A stretch of 64,000 nt of DNA from a virus (taxonomy: Duplodnaviria > Heunggongvirae > Uroviricota > Caudoviricetes), in IMG/VR virus record IMGVR_UViG_2877982868_000014, one strand, 5' to 3'. Of this stretch, positions 27,604 through 35,807 are shown piece by piece. Within the stretch, counting starts at the first letter, position 1. Each line of letters starts with the position of its first letter. The notes under the pieces are model-generated. The model worked only from the letters and a program-made list of their open reading frames with translations, was not told the origin of the DNA and searched no databases. The position numbers were made by a program, and so were the translations under genes.

Positions 27604-28104
27604 TCAGACTTTCGGCAAATCGTAGCGACATAACCATTCATCCGCCGAACGGCGGGCCTCAAGGCCGGGGAGCTTCACCCCCTTTGAATAAATCCAGCGG
27701 ATATACTGCTTACAGGACGCGGGCATCTGCCCGGCATTGATCAGGCGCAGAAGCGTGGAGTTGCGAAAGTTCGTTTCACCGGCCCAGAAGATCCACGAAG
27801 CCAGCGCCACCGTCTGACCACGGGTAAGCGGCACCTGAACACGCCGATCAATGGCCGCAAAGGCCCATTTCATGTCCTTTTCCAGTAGTTCCAGGCATTC
27901 TTCATCCGTCAGGGTCATACCCGGTTTCACATCCGGGCCGGTATGGCCGTAACAGATGGTGGGTGTACCGGTGGGATCGATATACGTGGAGTTTTCTTTC
28001 CCTTCCCAGTAACCGGTGTAATGCGTGGCAATCGTGAACGTCCCGGCACCGGCCAGAACAAGGGCAATCAGCTTTTTACGCAGTGGTGCGGGGAGTTTTG
28101 GCAT
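27604..28104 (-). CDS. lys: SAR-type endolysin (T4 lysozyme family, Mu gp22-like)
   Basis: 166 aa. Gly/Ala-rich N-terminal signal-arrest-release-like segment LIALVLAGAGTFTIA. Catalytic E-8-D-5-T pattern in WEGKENSTYIDPTGTPT. Confidence 0.85.
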   Translation of the reverse strand: MPKLPAPLRKKLIALVLAGAGTFTIATHYTGYWEGKENSTYIDPTGTPTICYGHTGPDVKPGMTLTDEECLELLEKDMKWAFAAIDRRVQVPLTRGQTVALASWIFWAGETNFRNSTLLRLINAGQMPASCKQYIRWIYSKGVKLPGLEARRSADEWLCRYDLPKV

Positions 28105-28175
28105 TGTTACGCTGTCTCATGATGTTCTCTGAGTCAGCGTAACGGTGAAGGAAAGGCGGCAGGCTTTGCGGAATA

Positions 28176-28601
28176 TCAGAAAAGTGGCGGTTGTGTTCTT
28201 GCCAGATGCAGACGGCGCTGTTCACGTATGACGGTATAAATCTGGGTTTCTGACATCCGGTAATGGCGGCGAAGGGATTCAATTTTCTCGCCCCGGTCCC
28301 AGCGCGAAAATATCTCATTGTTTCGCAGCTCGGCAAAGAGAGATTCCCCGACCGGCAGGTAATAACCCCGTCCGCCCATATAGGCTGCCTGAGCCGCAGC
28401 CACCTTGCGTGCCAGTTTGCCGGCCAGTACCGGCTCAATCCCCTGACGCTGAAGTTCTGCGCCGGTGACTTCAACCAGTTCTGACAGGGTCCGCGGCCAG
28501 TTCTTTTTGAGAACATCATCAGGGATGTCATCAAGGCGGTCGATAAGGGCGTGCAGTTGCTCACTGTCACCACCAAACATGCTCATCTGAGTTTCTGCCA
28601 T
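28176..28601 (-). CDS. mor: Mor/C-family transcription activator
   Basis: 141 aa. C-terminal HTH region ...IESLRRHYRMSETQIYTVIREQ is typical of the Mor family. GGAGG SD. Confidence 0.8.
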   Translation of the reverse strand: MAETQMSMFGGDSEQLHALIDRLDDIPDDVLKKNWPRTLSELVEVTGAELQRQGIEPVLAGKLARKVAAAQAAYMGGRGYYLPVGESLFAELRNNEIFSRWDRGEKIESLRRHYRMSETQIYTVIREQRRLHLARTQPPLF

Positions 28602-28635
28602 ATCAGCCTCCGGTTCTCGCGTTCCCGGTAAGTTT

Positions 28636-28664
28636 AAAATAAAAATCCCGCGTTGTGGCGGGAT
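28636..28664 (-). terminator. intrinsic terminator between gemA and mor
   Basis: Minus strand: ATCCCGC-CACAAC-GCGGGAT followed by TTTTTATTTT. Confidence 0.65.
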
Positions 28665-28670
28665 TTGGGG

Positions 28671-29180
28671 TTAACGGGGAAGTGATTTTTCATACTGCCT
28701 GCAAACGGCGTCATACCCCATCAGCGTGCGTTCGGGCATTCCCATCGCGGCCAGCATTTTGCGGCGGTGCCATCGCTTGAGACGCTCCAGCACATCTGAG
28801 GCCAGGGCGGGGTGTTGCTCCAGCCACTGCCAGTTTGCCACACCTTCGCCGCCGTTTTGCGCGGCCGTCTGCGATTTCACCCAGCGGTTAAGGGCGGTTT
28901 CCGCACCATCAGAGATAAAGCCCTGCCGGTGCATCACCTTCCAGATGGCGCGAATTTTAGCGGTCACCGTACCCGGTTTTAAGGCCCGGTTAACCGGGTT
29001 CTGACGCACTTTAAAACCGCGTTTTTTGAAAACATCCAGCACGCGGGATAACTCATCCGGTGACATATCCCGGCAGCTGGTTTTGCCGGTGACCGCCAGT
29101 AGTACGGATGTGTAGGTTTCATCATCCAGGGCAAGCTCGCGTTTTGCCACATGAATGGCAGATATCAGTTTCCCTCTCAT
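28671..29180 (-). CDS. gemA: GemA-like regulatory protein (Mu gp16, DUF1018-type)
   Basis: 169 aa. Recognisable GemA-family sequence, positioned just before mor. Confidence 0.8.
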   Translation of the reverse strand: MRGKLISAIHVAKRELALDDETYTSVLLAVTGKTSCRDMSPDELSRVLDVFKKRGFKVRQNPVNRALKPGTVTAKIRAIWKVMHRQGFISDGAETALNRWVKSQTAAQNGGEGVANWQWLEQHPALASDVLERLKRWHRRKMLAAMGMPERTLMGYDAVCRQYEKSLPR

Positions 29181-29473
29181 GCTGTATCAACACTCCTGCG
29201 GATATGATAGGTATTATTTTCCCGATCGAGCTGAACCCGATACTCCGGAGGAATCACAAAAATATTAAAACCATCATCAGTTTTTATTCTTGAGTAGCAT
29301 TCCCCCTTATGATATCTGGCCAGTGCATTAATCAGAGAAGTCGCAGCCTGCCCAATCAGGTATTTTTTATGAAAAATACTGATAACTTTCCGGCACAGCC
29401 ATCGTGTAATGACGAATGCACCGAAAAAGGATGTGATATATAAATACCAGAACAACTGCGAACTACTGTCCAT
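29177..29473 (-). CDS. hypothetical membrane protein (one N-terminal TM segment)
   Basis: 98 aa, with the hydrophobic stretch LFWYLYITSFFGAFVITRWL. AT-rich gene whose ends overlap both neighbouring genes. Confidence 0.55.
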   Translation of the reverse strand: MDSSSQLFWYLYITSFFGAFVITRWLCRKVISIFHKKYLIGQAATSLINALARYHKGECYSRIKTDDGFNIFVIPPEYRVQLDRENNTYHIRRSVDTA

Positions 29474-29660
29474 TATCTTTCTCCTTATTCAGTCTTCTGC
29501 GGCATTCGGCACAGTCATCAGGGCTTTCAAATGTATCCGGCTCGCGATTATGAGCCAGATATAACCACCGTCCACATATACTGATATTTTCGCCTGTTTT
29601 AAAAAAATGATGCTTCCTGGCCATTAGTGGCCGCGCCCATCCAGCGGGTAGACTATTCAT
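29463..29660 (-). CDS. hypothetical small Cys-containing protein
   Basis: 65 aa. ICGRW...DDCAECRR is a possible zinc-binding motif. Confidence 0.45.
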   Translation of the reverse strand: MNSLPAGWARPLMARKHHFFKTGENISICGRWLYLAHNREPDTFESPDDCAECRRRLNKEKDNGQ

Positions 29661-29988
29661 TTGCTTTATCCTCCATGCTGGACAGAATCATATGTATTAA
29701 TGTCGGGCGTGGAGATATACGCATTTCATTAAGCGTCTGAAGGGCAGCAACAGCTGCCTGTTTATCGGTGCCTTTGGCAATTTCAGCAAGAGAATGCACA
29801 ATCCATAATGGGCTTAACGCTACGGCTGAATGCAGAATCATGTCATCCATAATAATTTCTGGCATATCCCGTTTGTCACATTCTTTATCCATAAAAGAAA
29901 CGATTTTTTCTGCATCTTCCGGTTTCATGCCTCCGGCGATGAGAATTTTACGATATTCATAAGACGATCTTAATTCAATACTCATCAT
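29653..29988 (-). CDS. hypothetical protein
   Basis: 111-aa ORF in the co-oriented early operon. No family recognised. Confidence 0.5.
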   Translation of the reverse strand: MMSIELRSSYEYRKILIAGGMKPEDAEKIVSFMDKECDKRDMPEIIMDDMILHSAVALSPLWIVHSLAEIAKGTDKQAAVAALQTLNEMRISPRPTLIHMILSSMEDKANE

Positions 29989-30000
29989 TCACCTGCCTGT

Positions 30001-30369
30001 TTAATCAGTTTCCAGTGCTTTGCTACGGGCAACAGCCTCACACTCAAAAAATACCGACTCCGGCACACGCTCCTTTAATTCACGAACAAGAAAATCATTA
30101 ACGAGTTCATGACGTCTTATATTTCTTTCCTTTTCCTCCTGGCGCAATACAGCAAGGCGGTATTCAACAGTCCGGCGTTGTTTCTGAAAGACAGCCAGTG
30201 CTTTTCTGGCAGAGTTACGCAATGTATCATCGCCACAGGGTTCGTATTCAAGCTGAAATTTAATCTCTTCAATGGTTTCTTTTATTTTTGCCAGCAAGCT
30301 AAGACAGTCGCTGATTGTCTTCAGTTTTTCATTATCAATATAACTTCTCACGCATTCACCTCCCGTCAT
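30001..30369 (-). CDS. hypothetical coiled-coil protein
   Basis: Start MTGGECV at 30369 forms an ATGA overlap with the upstream gene's stop codon. Confidence 0.5.
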   Translation of the reverse strand: MTGGECVRSYIDNEKLKTISDCLSLLAKIKETIEEIKFQLEYEPCGDDTLRNSARKALAVFQKQRRTVEYRLAVLRQEEKERNIRRHELVNDFLVRELKERVPESVFFECEAVARSKALETD

Positions 30370-30677
30370 TCCGGTAAAGCTGAAATATGGCACCAGTGCG
30401 TCACCTGTCCGTCCTCATCTTCAAGGCAGGCTCCGGTTTCTTCATCAATAAAAAAGCCTTCATACCCCATATGGCCGATGCGCAGTTCCTGTTGGTCACC
30501 ATACTGAACAATCAGCACGACAGCCTCCATATCAGGCGGGAAAGCATCATTCAGTGAATGCCAGGGATAACCGCGCAAATCCCCGAAATAAACACCGGTC
30601 AGCGTTCCGCCACAGACCGGCATTCCGACGGCACACACAAGGGGTTCATCTGATTCAACAAATAATGTCGTTATCAT
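30366..30677 (-). CDS. DUF551-like phage protein
   Basis: 103 aa. C-terminal ...QVTHWCHISALPE resembles the conserved THW-x-PLPEPP end of DUF551. Confidence 0.55.
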   Translation of the reverse strand: MITTLFVESDEPLVCAVGMPVCGGTLTGVYFGDLRGYPWHSLNDAFPPDMEAVVLIVQYGDQQELRIGHMGYEGFFIDEETGACLEDEDGQVTHWCHISALPE

Positions 30678-31225
30678 GGCATTAATTCCCGTAATACAAC
30701 ATCTTCGGCAGTCCGACGACGGTGATAAATAAAACTCACCGTGCCCTCGGATAATTCAAATTTCTCGCCGATTTCCCTAAAGGTAAGACGCCGTGGTGAT
30801 TCAGCATCCCGTAATTCACGAATAAGATGAACATCATCGTCAGGTATGCGGGTAAAAGGCAGTAATTCTCCGTATTTTTTCATGCTTACGCCAATATATC
30901 GCGCCCGATTGTGGACAGAATCCCGGTCTCGCCCCAGATATTCTCCTATTTGCTTACCGGTCATCGTCCTGGCATTTTTTCGGATAAATTTATCTTCATC
31001 AGGTTTAAATCTGAGGCGTTTGCATTTGAGCAACTCCGGGTAAGTACCGCGTAATAAAACAATCCGGTTATGTACACCCCAGAAACTTCTTTTTATCCTG
31101 ACAGCAATATCCTTAACCGGGGTGGATGGATAAAGCGCAATCAGCAGCGCATCTTCTTCAGGTGTCCATGCGCGAACATGAGCGGGTGCACGGCCTTTTC
31201 TCCCCATGGGTTGTAATTTCATCAT
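30674..31225 (-). CDS. putative DNA-binding protein with repeated Myb/SANT-like HTH units
   Basis: 183 aa. WTPEEDALLIALY, KPDEDKFIRKNARTMTGKQIGEYLGR and LTFREIGEKFELSEGTV look like three HTH repeats. Confidence 0.5.
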   Translation of the reverse strand: MMKLQPMGRKGRAPAHVRAWTPEEDALLIALYPSTPVKDIAVRIKRSFWGVHNRIVLLRGTYPELLKCKRLRFKPDEDKFIRKNARTMTGKQIGEYLGRDRDSVHNRARYIGVSMKKYGELLPFTRIPDDDVHLIRELRDAESPRRLTFREIGEKFELSEGTVSFIYHRRRTAEDVVLRELMP

Positions 31226-31228
31226 GCA

Positions 31229-31744
31229 TCACCCCCCGACTCGCTTTTCGGCAGCATAAAACTCATCAGACAGAATTTCGGTCATTTTCCGTTTTGCGGA
31301 ATCATCTTCGCACTGAAGGTAAATAACATCGTCAACGCAGAACCACTTCACGGGACCATGCAATATTGCTGAGAAGTCAATACCCAGCCAGAACAACAGT
31401 GCATCGGTTCTGGCATACGTGACGGGCGAATATTCACGCCACAGACTGTTAAGTTCGTCAGAGGCAACGCGCAGGGCTTTGGGAATACGTGATGTGCGCG
31501 GTGTGCAGCTCCAGCCATTCGACGCAGTCGGTTTTCGCCATAAGTCGCGATGAAAAGGATATTTGTCATCCATAAAGCGCAGCCCTTTAAAACAAAAGCC
31601 ACTGATACCGGATACAAATACCGACCGGCACGCAACATTCAGCACGGCCTCAAGGCGTTTTGCCTCATCCTTAACTTTCTGGCAGTCCTGCTGATATTTT
31701 TGCCACGCGGCCAGCGCGGAAGGGTTTGATGTTTTAAAGAACAT
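31229..31744 (-). CDS. hypothetical protein
   Basis: 171-aa ORF. Possible distant paralogue of 32281-32823 (shared KYQQ, WRK and F/LxWL patches). Confidence 0.5.
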   Translation of the reverse strand: MFFKTSNPSALAAWQKYQQDCQKVKDEAKRLEAVLNVACRSVFVSGISGFCFKGLRFMDDKYPFHRDLWRKPTASNGWSCTPRTSRIPKALRVASDELNSLWREYSPVTYARTDALLFWLGIDFSAILHGPVKWFCVDDVIYLQCEDDSAKRKMTEILSDEFYAAEKRVGG

Positions 31745-32277
31745 TACGCCACCTCCGCAGATATCCCGGCAGGTGCAGCCGTCCGGTCAACAATCAGGTA
31801 ACGCAGAACATGTTCGGTGATATTCCAGCCGCTTAAACCGCAGATAATGACACCCAGGCGAATGTCGATATACGCCATCACAAACTGGGGCACGCCTTCT
31901 TTCATGGCCTGCTCATCAACTTCAACCACCACATAAACGGTTTCGCAGGTCAGTACGCCCTGAGCAAATTCCCACGCCATCGACGGAATATCATGCCCCT
32001 CAATCCACGGCAGGGATTTTCTGAAGCTGCACCACTGAACATCATCAGCCGCACCTTCCTGGCTGCATTTGCGACGAACCGGCTGCACCGGGCGGGGACG
32101 CGGAATATCATAAAAACCGTTACATTCCGTCAGCACCCCGGCATCGACCGCATCACGCAAAAAATAAACCATCGAGGATGGCGGCATATTCATTTTTTCA
32201 GCCAGAATGCCGCAGGTCAGACGCCCGTAAATACTCAGCCAGTTTTTAACCCCTTCAAGCACTTTTGCATCAATCAT
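31744..32277 (-). CDS. hypothetical protein with N-terminal winged-helix-like region
   Basis: 177-aa ORF whose ends lie within a few bases of both neighbouring genes. Confidence 0.5.
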   Translation of the reverse strand: MIDAKVLEGVKNWLSIYGRLTCGILAEKMNMPPSSMVYFLRDAVDAGVLTECNGFYDIPRPRPVQPVRRKCSQEGAADDVQWCSFRKSLPWIEGHDIPSMAWEFAQGVLTCETVYVVVEVDEQAMKEGVPQFVMAYIDIRLGVIICGLSGWNITEHVLRYLIVDRTAAPAGISAEVA

Positions 32278-32280
32278 GAA

Positions 32281-32823
32281 TTATTCCTCCGTCAGCGCCA
32301 CATATTCAGAATGTTTAATTTCCTGGCATTCTTCAGGAATACACCCTTTTATTTCCCTGCCATAAGCGCCTACTTTAAACACCACGCACAGGGCATCACG
32401 GGAGAGCGACGGGGTCCACCAGGAGTCCGTGTTAAACATGGAGGGGATTCTCATTACCCCCAGCTTTTCACAGAGCCAGACAAGGAAATCAGGACGCTTT
32501 CTTAACTCGCGTTCAGCGGCTTCAATCATTGCGGCAATCGCCGGTCCTTCAGGGCATGACTCATCAGGTCTGGCAATAAAGCACGGTCCGTCCCCGATAA
32601 AAGCCACATCATCGCGCTTACGCCAGCCCGCAGGCAGAGCACCAGAAAAATAAAACTCACTGATTACGTCCATGGCAAACGGCTTTAAGCGCAATCCGGC
32701 AGCGCCTGTATTTTTCAGTAATGCCCGAAGAATACTGTTGCGTAGCGGTAAAACAGTCTGTTGATATTTGGTGAAATATTTATTTGTCTGCACACGGTCT
32801 AATTTGAAATAAAAATATGCCAT
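32281..32823 (-). CDS. hypothetical protein
   Basis: 180-aa ORF, the first gene downstream of gam. Confidence 0.5.
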   Translation of the reverse strand: MAYFYFKLDRVQTNKYFTKYQQTVLPLRNSILRALLKNTGAAGLRLKPFAMDVISEFYFSGALPAGWRKRDDVAFIGDGPCFIARPDESCPEGPAIAAMIEAAERELRKRPDFLVWLCEKLGVMRIPSMFNTDSWWTPSLSRDALCVVFKVGAYGREIKGCIPEECQEIKHSEYVALTEE

Positions 32824-32920
32824 ATATCCTGTTCCTTATTTTCAGTTTACAGGCGCAGGCAGTCCCCTGACGCGAGCGCCATACTTAAAACGATGTGATA
32901 TTTAAAGATTTAATGCGGTG

Positions 32921-33451
32921 TTATTTATTCAGTCCGGCGTCCTGTTCAAAAGGCTCGACATAAAAACTTTCAGCGCCTTTATTCACCTTAATACCGGCAA
33001 TGCCTTTCACTGCATCCGGCTCCGCTAGGACCGCTTCCTTGTTCACTTCCTCTTTCGTGCGGATGAATCGCTCAAGCCCCATACGGCGCAGCATTTCAAT
33101 CACACCTTCCACATCACGGCTGACGCTGCATGATGGATTTCCCAGCCGCCATGACACTGTTCCGGTGGTCAGATTGGCTGTTTTGGTTTTGCCGCCGTTC
33201 GTCAGCTCATCGCGGTTGGTTTTGCACCAGTCCTGAATCCCCTTAAAAAGCACTTTGATTTCTTTTTTAAGGTTTTCAATCTGCGGCGTATAACGGGCGG
33301 TGATTTCTGCCACTTCATCATTCATCGCCGTTTCCAGCCGTAGCGCCTCTCGCTGAATATCGCCCAGGGTACGGATATCGCGGCTGACTTCTTCGCGGGT
33401 CTGCGGTGCAGCCTCGGCTGCGGCCTTTAATTTTGTAACACGTTTAGCCAT
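32921..33451 (-). CDS. gam: host-nuclease inhibitor Gam (Mu Gam family)
   Basis: 176 aa. ...LGDIQREALRLETAMNDEVAEIT...WCKTNRDELTNGGKTKTANLTTGTVSWR...RFIRTKEEVNKEAV closely parallels Mu Gam. Confidence 0.9.
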   Translation of the reverse strand: MAKRVTKLKAAAEAAPQTREEVSRDIRTLGDIQREALRLETAMNDEVAEITARYTPQIENLKKEIKVLFKGIQDWCKTNRDELTNGGKTKTANLTTGTVSWRLGNPSCSVSRDVEGVIEMLRRMGLERFIRTKEEVNKEAVLAEPDAVKGIAGIKVNKGAESFYVEPFEQDAGLNK

Positions 33452-33462
33452 TTTGTTTTTCC

Positions 33463-33756
33463 TTATTGCAGTGTGCCTGATGCTTTATGCACGCGGTGGC
33501 GTTTAATGATGGCATCCGCCCCAAAAGCCTGTACAGATGCCTGAAATTCCGCTGAGAGAAACTGAATAATTTCAGGACTGTGATACTGGAGAATACTTGC
33601 ATAAACGCCACAGAGTGACGTCGGCCTGTTATTCGTATCACGTTCTGTTTTTACATCCACACCAATCTTTTCATGCACTTCAACACAGTCATTGCCTGCC
33701 GGTTTTTCGTCATGCGAAACATGCTTAAATTCAAAAATAACGCGTACTTTGCTCAT
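33463..33756 (-). CDS. hypothetical small protein, tandem paralogue 2
   Basis: Start MSKVRVIFEFKHVSH at 33756 with AGGGG upstream. Paralogous to 33761-34033. Confidence 0.55.
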   Translation of the reverse strand: MSKVRVIFEFKHVSHDEKPAGNDCVEVHEKIGVDVKTERDTNNRPTSLCGVYASILQYHSPEIIQFLSAEFQASVQAFGADAIIKRHRVHKASGTLQ

Positions 33757-33760
33757 GGAA

Positions 33761-34033
33761 TTACCCCTGCTGATTAAATTCATTACCTTTAATAACCCCG
33801 GAACGCATGCTCATATCTTTCATGAGCGCACTGGCTTTCATTGCCACAAGTTCAGCAAAGTCTCTGCTTTCCGCGAGCATAACCACCCCAAAAATCATGG
33901 CGGGTCCATCACCTTTCTGCTTTATCCCGGTTGAACGTATGTCCAGACTTACCCCCATGCGCACTGTTCCATCAGCGTTTTTATGGATAACGTGCTCCTT
34001 GTATTCGAAAATAATGCGTACGACTTTACTCAC
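33761..34033 (-). CDS. hypothetical small protein, tandem paralogue 1
   Basis: 90 aa. MSKVVRIIFEYKEHVIH... Confidence 0.55.
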   Translation of the reverse strand: MSKVVRIIFEYKEHVIHKNADGTVRMGVSLDIRSTGIKQKGDGPAMIFGVVMLAESRDFAELVAMKASALMKDMSMRSGVIKGNEFNQQG

Positions 34034-34311
34034 CCTCTGGTCCTCGTTCTGTTTGGATAACTGACCCGGCGTCTGACCTCACGGCAGAACCGAATCATGG
34101 CATTAAAGGCTTCTTCCTCCGTCACCGCTTCCGGTATCCCCGGAACCAGTAACTGCTCCTGTTCATCACGTCCATGACGCGCCATAACCTCAATCACATG
34201 CCGTACCGTGGCAGGCTTTCCGGCAACTATCGGCAATGCACCTTCCGGCAGGACGTAACCAAACTCAATAAGACCACTCGACCACGCCCATGCAATGAGA
34301 TTTTTTTTCAC
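34030..34311 (-). CDS. hypothetical early protein
   Basis: 93-aa ORF in the early operon. Confidence 0.5.
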   Translation of the reverse strand: MKKNLIAWAWSSGLIEFGYVLPEGALPIVAGKPATVRHVIEVMARHGRDEQEQLLVPGIPEAVTEEEAFNAMIRFCREVRRRVSYPNRTRTRG

Positions 34312-34312
34312 C

Positions 34313-34567
34313 TCACACCTCCCAGTAAACCGTGCAGCCGCTGATGCGGGTGGCCTTCACACGGCGGCGCAGGCCGTTGGTCTGTATGGTGATTTCAATT
34401 TCACCGGTTCCCTGCACGTTGCCTACCGGCGGCGTGGTTTTCAGTGCAAAACGTTGCGGATAGCGCTTACTGCGTTCCAGTACCGCACCGGCAAGTTCGG
34501 TCAGACGGCGCGCGCTGTTCAGGGAGTCGAATAAATTCATTTTGTTACCGCAGGATTGCATATTCAT
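34313..34567 (-). CDS. hypothetical early protein
   Basis: The ATG at 34567 has a GAGGTG SD. The ORF-track start at 34579 abuts the upstream stop codon. Confidence 0.5.
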   Translation of the reverse strand: MNMQSCGNKMNLFDSLNSARRLTELAGAVLERSKRYPQRFALKTTPPVGNVQGTGEIEITIQTNGLRRRVKATRISGCTVYWEV

Positions 34568-34579
34568 ATAACACCTCAT

Positions 34580-34807
34580 TTAGCTGACTTGTTTCGCACC
34601 AACAGAACGGCATATTCCGCTGTAAACGTCTGTCGCACCTTCGCGATCAAGTCCGGCAGATATCACCATTCGTGTGCGGTCATTAAATTCAAAAAGAAAA
34701 TCGCCACATTCTTTATTTTCGGCCAGTGAAATCACCTTCACGTTATCGAAATTAACCAGGTAAAAGCGTCCGTAAATATCAGGAATATTAAATACCGCCA
34801 TAATCAC
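34580..34807 (-). CDS. hypothetical early protein
   Basis: 75 aa. The start overlaps the stop codon of B. Confidence 0.5.
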   Translation of the reverse strand: MIMAVFNIPDIYGRFYLVNFDNVKVISLAENKECGDFLFEFNDRTRMVISAGLDREGATDVYSGICRSVGAKQVS

Positions 34808-35736
34808 ACCTGTGAGAGTAATTCAGGGTTGGTATAAACCTCTTTAAAGGCCGCATTAATATGTTTTTCTGTCAGCGCCGCGCCTTCACCGCTGGCGGTG
34901 AGCCACGCCTGGTTAAGCGTATGTGTCAGAACGCGTAACGCTCCCGGCTTTTCAGCGATAGCCTGCATGACGGCCAGCTCGGCCTCACCACTGATCCCCC
35001 ACGCCCTGGCAATGGCCAGCACATCCGCCTTTTTGGCCTTGCGAAGTTGTTTTGTACGGGCAAGACGGCTGAACAGGCGCGATAAATCATCAAAGGCGCG
35101 GCGTCCACCTTTAAACAATCCGCGCGGGTTACCAATAAGCACCATCCCGATCCCCGTGGCGTCCTGAATTGCCCGGAGTTGCTCCAGACCGTCAATACCA
35201 AGATGATCCGCCTCATCCACAATCACCAGTCCACGCGTTCCCATCAGGCGACGGCGGATGGCGCGGGATAATGCCCCTTTGTTCGCGCGGGTGTAATCAA
35301 TCCCCAGCGCATCGGCCAGCTCCAGCAGACACTCCGTGACGCTGGAGTGCGCGGGTGACAGGGTGATCATCCAGGTGTTTGGTTGCTCCTGGCAGTAATT
35401 ACGGGCAGTGGCCGTTTTACCCACACCCGGTACGCCCACAATAACGTTAATACAGCCCATCAGACGAACCGCCTGAAACAGTGCGCGCAGCTCCTGGACT
35501 GTCTGCGTTTCCACAAACTGCGGCGGTTCCGGCAGTGCGCTTTGTTTATTCCAGTTCTCATACCAGGAACGCAGGGAAGCAGCCACAGCAGCGTTATCGC
35601 CTTTATATTTTCCCTTACGGAAAGCCGATAATGTGCCGTCGGAAATTCCCGCCTCTCTGGCGATGGCATACTGCGTCAGTACGCCGCCATCAATAAGTTC
35701 ATCAATGGTCTTGATTACATCGTTAATATCAGTCAT
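34804..35736 (-). CDS. B: MuB-like AAA+ ATPase, transposition target DNA activator
   Basis: 310 aa. N-terminal HTH, Walker A GVPGVGKT, Walker B LVIVDEADHL. Directly downstream of the transposase gene. Confidence 0.88.
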   Translation of the reverse strand: MTDINDVIKTIDELIDGGVLTQYAIAREAGISDGTLSAFRKGKYKGDNAAVAASLRSWYENWNKQSALPEPPQFVETQTVQELRALFQAVRLMGCINVIVGVPGVGKTATARNYCQEQPNTWMITLSPAHSSVTECLLELADALGIDYTRANKGALSRAIRRRLMGTRGLVIVDEADHLGIDGLEQLRAIQDATGIGMVLIGNPRGLFKGGRRAFDDLSRLFSRLARTKQLRKAKKADVLAIARAWGISGEAELAVMQAIAEKPGALRVLTHTLNQAWLTASGEGAALTEKHINAAFKEVYTNPELLSQV

Positions 35737-35807
35737 ATTATTAACCTCTCATTTGATACCTTGTTTAATCAAATAACCTGAGTCGCCGCTCGGGTTATTT
35801 TTTTATT

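Noticed and set aside
28076-28576. 166-aa minus-strand ORF overlapping mor in another frame
   Set aside because: The Mor-family frame is recognisable and has a GGAGG SD. This overlapping frame has neither.
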